Part shown: positions 26,511 through 34,300 of the stretch, piece after piece | How the letters are laid out: each line of letters starts with the position of its first letter | Position numbering within the stretch: position 1 is the stretch's first letter | Origin: an uncultured Candidatus Saccharibacteria bacterium | GTDB lineage: Bacteria > Patescibacteriota > Minisyncoccia > CAYRSW01 | Assembly (NCBI GenBank): GCA_964427335.1 | Contig: CAYRSW010000001.1 | Span: 18,101-57,434, forward strand | DNA length: 39,334 nucleotides | Direction of reading: 5' to 3' | The notes under the pieces: model-generated | Databases searched by the model: none | What the model was told of the DNA's origin: nothing | Seen by the model: only the letters and a program-made list of their open reading frames with translations | Position numbers and translations under genes: made by a program

Positions 26511-27738
26511 AGGTTTTGATTAATTTTATTTTTATAAATCGTCGTTTTCCCACTTGCACTACTATCCCATCTTTTATCTTAATCACTTTCTTCCAATCCT
26601 CAACTATTTTATCATCAATTTTTACTCCTTTTTGCTGGATTAATCTTCTGGCTTCGGCTTTAGAGGGAACCATTCTTAGCTTCACCAATAAATCTAAAAT
26701 ATTACAACTCGTAATTCTTAATTCATGATTCCTAATTTTAGACGGCTTCTTGCCGGTTTTAAATATCCTCTCAAACTCTTTTTCTGCTTCCTGTGCCTTT
26801 TTGGCCCCACAATATATGGTGACGATTTCTCGGGCTAATCGTGCTTTAGCGTCTCGAGGATTAAGTTTTTTAGATTTCAGCCCTTTTTTAATTGAGTCAA
26901 TTTCTCTAAGAGAAATTTCAGTGCATAGCTCGAAACAAGTAATAATAACTTCGTCTGGTAAGGCCATTATTTTACCATACATTTCTTTAGGAGAATCGTC
27001 TAGGGCAATAAAACTACCTTCACTTTTACTCATTAGTTTCTTGCCCGTCTTAGGGTTGACCAGAAGTTTGGTTGTAATAACAAACTTTTCTTTATTTTTG
27101 TAGACCTTCATCAAATCCCTACCAACCAACATATTAAAAGTTTGGTCATTTCCTCCTACTTCAATATCAGCATTTAATGCTACGGAATCATAGCCTTGCA
27201 GTAGAGGGTAAAGGAATTCGTGCAAATAAATTTCTTCTTTTCTTTTTAACCGCTGCTTAAACATATTTCTTTTAATTATCTGCTGGTAGGTGAAATTAGA
27301 GGCTAGTTTATTGATTTCTTTGAGGGTTAATCGTTCAAGCCACTGACTGTTAAACCTGAGTTCCGCTGGGTTTTTAGATGAGTTAAAATTTAGAAATTTT
27401 CCTACTTGTTTCTGGTAGGTTTTAGAGTTGTCCCGGACTTCTTCTTCTGTTAAAGCTTTCCTGGCTGTTAATCTTCCCGTGGGGTCACCGATACGAGCAG
27501 TGAAATCACCAATGAGAAGAACGACCCGATGTCCTAACTTTTGAAAATCCCTTAAAAGAAAATAATTAGTTGAGTGCCCCAAATGCAAATGCGGAGCAGT
27601 AGGATCTACTCCATGGTAAATAGCCAGTCTCTTTTTTGACTCTAGCAATTCTTTTAGGGTTTCTTTAGAGGGATAAATTTTTTCTATTCCTCTATATCTA
27701 AGAATTTCTTTAATTTTAGCCGGAGTTATGTCGGTCAT
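26503..27738 (-). CDS. tyrS: tyrosine--tRNA ligase
   Basis: YHGVDPTAPHLHLGH (HIGH), KLMSKS (KMSKS), C-terminal S4-like domain SKAEARRLIQQKGVKID. Confidence 0.93.
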   Translation of the reverse strand: MTDITPAKIKEILRYRGIEKIYPSKETLKELLESKKRLAIYHGVDPTAPHLHLGHSTNYFLLRDFQKLGHRVVLLIGDFTARIGDPTGRLTARKALTEEEVRDNSKTYQKQVGKFLNFNSSKNPAELRFNSQWLERLTLKEINKLASNFTYQQIIKRNMFKQRLKRKEEIYLHEFLYPLLQGYDSVALNADIEVGGNDQTFNMLVGRDLMKVYKNKEKFVITTKLLVNPKTGKKLMSKSEGSFIALDDSPKEMYGKIMALPDEVIITCFELCTEISLREIDSIKKGLKSKKLNPRDAKARLAREIVTIYCGAKKAQEAEKEFERIFKTGKKPSKIRNHELRITSCNILDLLVKLRMVPSKAEARRLIQQKGVKIDDKIVEDWKKVIKIKDGIVVQVGKRRFIKIKLIKTYA

Positions 27739-27871
27739 GTTTCCACTATATCAAATTCTACTTAAAAACACAATTTTTACATAGTTCTCTTTTCTCTTTC
27801 CTCTTTCTTCTTTCCTATCTCCTATCTCGTTTAAACCTCATTTAAGAGCTAGATCTCTCTTAGCTTCTTTT

Positions 27872-27908
27872 CTTTATATTCTAGACGACCGCACTCATTA
27901 TAAGAGAA
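27872..27908 (-). repeat. 37-nt repeat copy M1; contains the -10 TATAAT of the tyrS promoter
   Basis: Minus-strand reading TTCTCTTATAATGAGTGCGGTCGTCTAGAATATAAAG, 28/37 identical to copy M3. Confidence 0.8.
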
Positions 27909-27940
27909 AATTTTGTAAGGAAAGCGGGGGTAGATATTAT

Positions 27941-28798
27941 TTATTTTTTTGTATTCTTTTGGTTGTTCTCTTTCTGTTCTGCTTTTTTACTTCGTTGAAG
28001 AATTTTTTGGTAAAGTTTATAGGCTTTCTTGCCATACCAATCATCGGGTAAAAGATCTCCTGGTAACTGTGGATCATCTTTTAAGATATTCAGATATTCC
28101 ATTTGTATTTTAAGTTTATCAACTTTAAGCTCCTCTACTTTTTGAGAAAGTTTTTTATATTTAGAGAAGAATTCTTTATATTTTTTGTTAATTTCTTCAA
28201 GGTGCCAAACTCGACCGGCTAATTCCTGGGAGTCTTCCCGGCCTAGTTTATTGGTAACTGAAGGGATAACCCAACTTTCCATATTATGAAACTCAACTAA
28301 ACTCTCAATATTGGCTAGAAAATTGTAAGGAGAAATCCAAACACTGTCTTGGAGCCGACCAAAGCCTAATTTCTTTAATTTTTCTCTGAAGGCATTTCTT
28401 TTTATTCTCCGATCTTCCGGGATGTCAAAGGCTACTATATACCATTTATCATCCCAGGTGGATGGTTTTTTGTACTCAGGCAAAATACTCTTTAGTCTTT
28501 TCCATCCCTCTTTAGTTAATTTCCAATCTGGATCAAGCCAACCTTTTTCTCTTAGTTTATAAAAGTTACGATATAGCGTATTTGGATCGTAACCTCCAAG
28601 CCGTAAATCCAACCTTTTCATCATAGACATTGATCCCGCGGAACCTAGAGGACTGATTTCTTCTGCAAATCCTACCCAAAGAAGAATAAAATCTTCTAAA
28701 CTGCGGACTAGCCCAGAACTTAATTTAATAACTTTTTTCCTAATCGGTCTCCTTTTGGATTTTACTTTCTTGTTTTTATTTTTTATTCCTTTTTGCAT
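27941..28798 (-). CDS. PaaX-like transcriptional regulator (winged-helix + Cas2-like core + helical C-domain)
   Basis: LYRNFYKLREKGWL (wHTH-like) and WDDKWYIVAFDIPEDRRIKRNAFREKLKKLGFGRLQDSVWISPYN (PaaX/Cas2-like ferredoxin core). The start is moved to the internal ATG 28798 (MQKGIKNK) because the consensus promoter lies inside the longer track ORF. Confidence 0.6.
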   Translation of the reverse strand: MQKGIKNKNKKVKSKRRPIRKKVIKLSSGLVRSLEDFILLWVGFAEEISPLGSAGSMSMMKRLDLRLGGYDPNTLYRNFYKLREKGWLDPDWKLTKEGWKRLKSILPEYKKPSTWDDKWYIVAFDIPEDRRIKRNAFREKLKKLGFGRLQDSVWISPYNFLANIESLVEFHNMESWVIPSVTNKLGREDSQELAGRVWHLEEINKKYKEFFSKYKKLSQKVEELKVDKLKIQMEYLNILKDDPQLPGDLLPDDWYGKKAYKLYQKILQRSKKAEQKENNQKNTKK

Positions 28799-28810
28799 TG
28801 TTTTATTTCT

Positions 28811-28847
28811 TTTTCTTATACGATATGCGGTCGTCGGTATTGTAAGG
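28811..28847 (+). repeat. 37-nt repeat copy M2 (inverted relative to M1 and M3), inside the 5' UTR of the PaaX-like gene
   Basis: Plus-strand reading TTTTCTTATACGATATGCGGTCGTCGGTATTGTAAGG, 27/37 identical to M3. Confidence 0.8.
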
Positions 28848-28855
28848 TTATCTGT

Positions 28856-28885
28856 ATTATAAGAGAAGTTATAGAAATGTGTCAA
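28856..28885 (-). promoter_or_regulatory. consensus sigma70 promoter of the PaaX-like gene
   Basis: Minus strand TTGACA (28885-28880), 18-nt spacer, TATAAT (28861-28856). Predicted 5' UTR of about 50 nt. Confidence 0.7.
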
Positions 28886-28983
28886 GGATTTTAGATTTTG
28901 TTTTTCGTTTTTTGTGTCAGTTTTTTAGATGTATTTTAAAATAGTTTGACAGGGATCGATGAGCCTCGTTTTCTCTCCTTTTT

Positions 28984-29020
28984 CCTTATATCCAAGACGA
29001 TCGCATAGTGTATAAGAGAA
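28984..29020 (-). repeat. 37-nt repeat copy M3
   Basis: Minus-strand reading TTCTCTTATACACTATGCGATCGTCTTGGATATAAGG. Confidence 0.8.
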
Positions 29021-29264
29021 TAAAGAATAAAAAATAAAAAACTGACTCTGCGTAAGATGAGATACATAGATAACACCTTGAAAATTAAAAATGAGAGGCC
29101 CTATTACCAGAGAAAAATCGTTGTGGGTTATCAACAATAAGAGTATAGCTGTTTGGTGGAAGGATAATTTCGCCCTGATGTAAGCTTAAACCGTGATTAA
29201 CGTCATCTTCATAAAATCTCCAACCAGTTTAATCATGTTTGAGGTATCATCTCCATATTATACA

Positions 29265-29295
29265 CAAAAAATACCAAAGCTCAAACCTCTGGTAT
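29265..29295 (-). terminator. intrinsic terminator ending the long minus-strand T4SS-like operon
   Basis: Minus-strand RNA AUACCAGAG, 7-nt loop, CUUUGGUAU (9 bp, one G-U), followed by UUUUUU. Confidence 0.65.
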
Positions 29296-29332
29296 TATTT
29301 TTACGCCTCCACGGGTTACGCACTACTCTACT

Positions 29333-30535
29333 CTATTCCATATATATCGACTCTGCCTGAATAGAATACAATTTTCCGTCTCTTTGGTTGGTGAAGAAGA
29401 GGGTATCTTCTTCTTTGGACAAAAAGAGATTAGTAGCGTCGTAGGACACTGCGAAATCTTCAAGAGTAATAAGTAGAGTTTTTTCGCCGGTGGTAGTGTT
29501 TATTTTGAAAAAACTGTCTTGAGTGGAGACTCTTCTGGCGTACCAATCATCAGGTATAACAATATCGTCCCTAAGCGGTGCGGGTACAGCGCAAAAGAGA
29601 GTAATGTTATCTTCGGACCAGACACATTTTTCAACAATAGTTGGAGTTTCTAATCGTTTTATTCCATATACCCCCTCTCCAATTAAAGCCAGTTCGGTTA
29701 GAGTGCCGGCTCGGTAAACAGTGTAGGAAATAATTGCAACATTTCCTTCGGGCGACCAGAGGATGTTAAGACCGTAATAACCGCCGATAACATGAATTGG
29801 CTTCCCGCCGTCAAGAATTATACTATTAATAGATGATTCTTGATAGCCGCTGGGAATGGGATAAAAAGAAACTTTATTCTTTTTTGGGATAGGGGTAAGT
29901 TCTGCTTTTATAGCGTAGGAAAGAATTTCTTTATAATTTGTTCCATCGGGGTCGGAAACATAGATGCCGCCCGACCTTTTTTCCAGGTCGGTATATTTAT
30001 AAATAATTTTATCCTGCTCCGGATGCCAGATGGCAGCAGTGATGTGTTTATCTAAAGCCCAAGTTTTGCCAGTAGCTTGGTCGTAAGAATAAAATCGTTC
30101 TCCCCCGGTTTTGGAATCGTAAGAGGCGATTAGAGCTTTATCTTTATCTTTAGACCAGAGGACTTTAGTTAAATCCCCTACTGCTCCAAGAGAAAGTTGT
30201 GCTGTCCCGCTTCCGTCTGGTTGGGCTTGCCAAATATTGCCTTCTTTTGGGTCAAAATATTTTATTTTATCTGTTTTATCCAAAATAGCGCCAATAGTTT
30301 GTTTTTCAGCTAAGGATTCAAGGCCCTTAATTTCTCCTTCGGCTTCTTCGGCAACTTCTCCTTCTTTGGGCACAAATTCTCTTTCTTCGGCTTCCGGGAG
30401 CTTAGCTTCCCCCCCTTTTTCTGTAGTTGGTGTTGCCTCCGGCTTTTCTTGGACCAACCAATTATAAACCAGCATACCGATGATGAGTACAAATAGGGCG
30501 ATAATACTAATAATGAGGATTTTTTTAGTATTCAT
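29333..30535 (-). CDS. membrane-anchored secreted beta-propeller protein (TolB/PD40-like repeats)
   Basis: N-terminal TM ILIISIIALFVLIIGMLVY, Glu-rich linker, repeated ...PDGS/DPDGT... blades (QAQPDGSGTAQLS, YVSDPDGTNYKEI, WSPEGNVAI). Confidence 0.55.
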   Translation of the reverse strand: MNTKKILIISIIALFVLIIGMLVYNWLVQEKPEATPTTEKGGEAKLPEAEEREFVPKEGEVAEEAEGEIKGLESLAEKQTIGAILDKTDKIKYFDPKEGNIWQAQPDGSGTAQLSLGAVGDLTKVLWSKDKDKALIASYDSKTGGERFYSYDQATGKTWALDKHITAAIWHPEQDKIIYKYTDLEKRSGGIYVSDPDGTNYKEILSYAIKAELTPIPKKNKVSFYPIPSGYQESSINSIILDGGKPIHVIGGYYGLNILWSPEGNVAIISYTVYRAGTLTELALIGEGVYGIKRLETPTIVEKCVWSEDNITLFCAVPAPLRDDIVIPDDWYARRVSTQDSFFKINTTTGEKTLLITLEDFAVSYDATNLFLSKEEDTLFFTNQRDGKLYSIQAESIYME

Positions 30536-30540
30536 TTTAT

Positions 30541-31389
30541 TTATTCGACATACCCTTTACATTCATGTGCTGATCTATCTCTGCACTCCCAATGTTTTCC
30601 TTCTTCTCCTCCAAAATCTGCACCAGGATCAAAGCAGGATTTACGGCAGGCCTCTAAAGTTTTACAACCTCCCGAATACTCCCCTCCGTATCTTTTTGTC
30701 CAGCACAGATAGACTCCCCGGCAAGATTCGTTCTCTTTACTACATTTATCAGATTCAGCACCTGCTACTCTTTTGCATATACCATCGGTTGGGTCGCAAT
30801 ATAGGTACGTACTGCAAGGTCTCCCTGCCTCTGCACAGTCACTCGCGCCTGCCTTTCCCATTATTTTTTCACATATTCCTGTTGTCTGATTACATTTATA
30901 ATAAATACAACTTTCTCCTACACTCGTACAATTATCTTCATCTCCTTGGTTTTCTTGTTCATTAGGGAATCTTTTACATGCATAGCCCTCGCCACAGGCT
31001 AAATGAGTATTTGATTCAGGTAGTTCTATTTCTGTAACAGTTAATTTTTTTAAACTAACCAATTCGGGATTGATAGTGTGTAGGATTAGCCAAGAGGTAA
31101 GGACTAGAACTAGACCGAGGATAGCGCTGGTAATCTGACCTTTGGCCTCAGAGATTTCCGCTTCATTCCCAGCCGCAGTCATATACCTGATGCCGCCAAT
31201 AATGATAAATAGCATGGCAATAACGCCGACAATAGCCAGACCAAAGAGATAAAGAGCTTTAATATAATCGCTGATGTCGGTGATTTCTCCAGCGCCAGGA
31301 ATAGGAACCATTGGTTCGTAACCCAGAGCGGGTGTTGCCAATAGAAAAGTCGTGAGGACCATTAGGATAATAAAGATAAGTTTTTTCAT
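30541..31389 (-). CDS. VirB2/TrbC-like T4SS pilin core fused to a C-terminal 18-cysteine domain
   Basis: Signal peptide MKKLIFIILMVLTTFLLATPALG and two hydrophobic helices separated by IRYMTAAGNEAEISEAKGQ (pilin-like hairpin). The last ~150 aa hold 18 Cys in repeated C-x6-C-x4/5-C-x6-C units. ATG 31389 gives an ATGA overlap with the upstream stop. Confidence 0.55.
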   Translation of the reverse strand: MKKLIFIILMVLTTFLLATPALGYEPMVPIPGAGEITDISDYIKALYLFGLAIVGVIAMLFIIIGGIRYMTAAGNEAEISEAKGQITSAILGLVLVLTSWLILHTINPELVSLKKLTVTEIELPESNTHLACGEGYACKRFPNEQENQGDEDNCTSVGESCIYYKCNQTTGICEKIMGKAGASDCAEAGRPCSTYLYCDPTDGICKRVAGAESDKCSKENESCRGVYLCWTKRYGGEYSGGCKTLEACRKSCFDPGADFGGEEGKHWECRDRSAHECKGYVE

Positions 31390-34300
31390 TGTTTTTTTCT
31401 TCTTCCCGGATAACTCCAAGGTCTTGTTAACGAGAATACAACGGCCATTAGGGCAAGTATTCCTAACCCAGCCAATCCTATTTTAAGAGCTAACTTAAAA
31501 GATTCAGGAATGAAGAAGCCGACAGCGGCAAACATTGAACCGAAGAAACCGAGAGTCATTTCTTTACACACTCCGTCTTCGCAGTTTCCTGAACAGCAAT
31601 CTTCGTTAGTGCTGCAGTTTTCTCCTACTACCTTACAGGGAGTCTCTACTACCTCTAAAATTATTTCATCAGTCGCTTTTCGGCCGGCTGGGTTTTTATC
31701 ATCTCCTATTGCTGCGGCGGCAAGACCAACTGTATATCGCGAGCCCCTTTCTTTTGCTACCAGCAAGGTAAGAAATTTTCTATCTGCGCTCAATCCGGCT
31801 GAAATTCCCAGTGTTGCTAAATCTTCACTTGGTACTTTCGCTCCATCAATAGCCCAGCTATAGGAAAGAGAACCATTAGCAAAAGTTGAATTTATTGGCC
31901 CCGGGGAAGCCTGGAGAGTTATCATGTCTTCGGTTCTTACATCAGCAATAACCAGCGGCGTAGTCGGTCTTCTGGTATCAGGGATAGGGATAATTTTTAC
32001 ATCCGGCGCATAGACAAAGAGCTCTACTTCTTTAGTGGCAGTCTCTGTTCCATCAATATTAGTCCCCGTCACCTTTAGTTTATACTTACTTCCGGCCGGT
32101 TTATCCACCACTAGTCGGAATTCCTGCGGACTGCCCGGGACGTTCTTTTGTCTTTGGCCGTCCAAATACCAGACATAAGCGCAGTAGCTAGCCGGATTAT
32201 CAACATTTTCTTTAGTGCACTCAAAAGTAGGTTGAGCTGTTACGGTGAAAATATCTCCGGATAAAAGATTAGGCGGCTGTGTACCGTGGTTGAATTGAAG
32301 TTCAATTTTACTGCCTGCTTCAATAATTAACTTTCCAGAGGCCTTTCTCTTTTTATAATCCTCCACTCTTTCTGCAGCAAATACCTCTACTCTGAATGTT
32401 CCCGAAACCGCCGGTGTAAATTTGAAAGTCCTCCTTCCCTCTAAGGGCCCACTGCCGCCTGGCGGCTCAAGGCCAGTAGCTTGGTCAGCGATGCCTATAA
32501 AGTCACCTGTTGTAGTGTCTTTATAGGTCAAGACCCAGTTGTAGAAAAGATGATTATAATCTAATTGAGAAAAATAAGGAGTAGCGAATATCTCTACCGG
32601 TTCGCCAACAGAAGGATAGAGACCTTCAGTAGAAAGCTTTACTTCCAGCTCTTTTACTTCTTCTGACTCAATATATAATTTGAAATATTGATAGATGGTT
32701 TTACATATTTCAACATGAACAGATTTTTCTTTTGCTCGGCAAACATCAGCATCTGTGTCAGTAGCATTTTCTCTTTCCTCGTAGGTTCCACTGCCTATCC
32801 AGCAGGCTGGCCATTCATCCATTTGGTCTCCATCAGCAAGATTTTCTAGAGGTCCCCATTCAGCCGGGCAGTCAGCAGATTTTACGTCAGTTAATTCTTC
32901 GCCGCTTAAAGCAATGTAGGTTTTGTCAGGACAATTAACTATTTGTTTTTTCTGAGAAATACCTAAGGCAAGGGTGTCTAATCTGTAATATTTAACATCT
33001 TGAGGTAAATCCTCGGGGACAGTGAAGGTTATTTTACTCTGTCCCAAGCCAATTATGTCCTGTTCGTCTCTATACCCATCTTCATCCGTATCTCCTTTAA
33101 TCGGGCTAGAGCCAAAAACATATTCTTCGTAATTAGTCATGATTCCGTCTCCGCTTTTGTAATAAGTATCAGTTACTGGATTATAAGCATCCGGGGCAAT
33201 GTTTCGAGGAGAAGAAGGGAGTTGGGAAGGTTGTTCCGTGTATGTGCTAGGAGCCGACTCTGGCGGTGCATGAGGCCAGTCGTAGCTACGATTAACCTCG
33301 GTTATATGAGCCAATAGACCTGCGTCTTCAGGTGCACACCCATAGCCATTCCAAGCATACATACCATAACCATCTTTTTGCGTTCCAATGCCATATTCTT
33401 GCCAGACTTGCAGCATATCGTCCACGATACCCGTGGGATTTAACTGACCTCCATTATAAAATGCCTGCACAATTGCTGTTCCTCCAATCCCGCCACTGCG
33501 ATCCCCGCAGACATTACAGGAGTTACGCAAGCGGGGCTCCCAATTGGGAGTATCTCTGTGGTAAGGATAGGCATCAAAACCAGCGTGGTCAAAGGCGTTA
33601 GGATTCCAATTTGCCTCATCTTCGATATGAGCTGAAAAAACTGTAAACAAATCATGGTTGGGGTCCGCGGCTTTAATGGCATTATACCACTCCTGTTGCT
33701 TTGCCCCAGAAAAAGCGCTGCCTTTTATGTCGGGCTCATCCAAGAAATACCAGGCTGCCACTGCTGGATGATTCTTCCAGCGATTTACAAAATTAATAGC
33801 ACCACTTAAATCGATATGGTCTTTATCGTAAAAATAGGCGTGAAGGTCAGGTATTACCCATAAACCTTTAGCTAAACATTCATCAAGGAGGGCTTCTGTT
33901 GGGGTTACATAACAGCCAACAGTATTAAAACCTGCGGCAAGGATATCATCTACGTTGAATCCCCAAGCATAAGCGAGCTTAACACCATCCCAAGTGAATG
34001 CTCCTCCTGATGAGGAAGCAGAGCCTTGGTAGGAAAATTTTGACACCTCACCATAGATGGCAATATCTTTATGGGCGTACACCCTTACTTTAAGAGAGTA
34101 AGTTCCGTCATATTCGGCTGTGTAAGCGCCGGGACCATTGATGACTCTGGGTCCGGAGTCCACATCAGTCGGGTCTGGATTATAAAGAACATAAATTGCT
34201 CCGTCGGAGGTTCCCTTTTCTGGAAAATCCATTATTTCTGCAGGAAACGTTACTTCGGCTTGTCCGCCCCTTCCACCTTCACCGCCTTCACCGCCGGTAC

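Noticed and set aside
27739-27871. Possible T-box riboswitch in the tyrS leader
   Set aside because: No T-box core sequence, specifier loop or terminator/antiterminator pair could be found. Only a short AGCTA/TAGCT hairpin and a purine tract are present.
27941-28885. Cas2 / CRISPR-associated interpretation of the 314-aa ORF
   Set aside because: No CRISPR repeat array or other cas genes lie in the window. The wHTH plus Cas2-like core plus helical tail matches the PaaX architecture. The first 29 codons of the track ORF overlap a consensus promoter, so the shorter CDS is preferred.
28925-29137. 70-aa minus-strand ORF in the large intergenic gap
   Set aside because: It has no motifs and an odd composition, and it overlaps repeat copy M3 and an apparent non-coding region. 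It is treated as non-coding.
31390-31419. Longer N-terminal extensions offered by the ORF track (31419 for the pilin, 38109 for the 217-aa ORF, 38549 for the PrgI-like ORF, 19017 GTG for the first ATP-grasp, 4677 for the PH-domain protein)
   Set aside because: Internal ATGs give canonical ATGA/TAATG coupling or a proper signal peptide or family N-terminus. The extensions overlap upstream genes or structured non-coding sequence.
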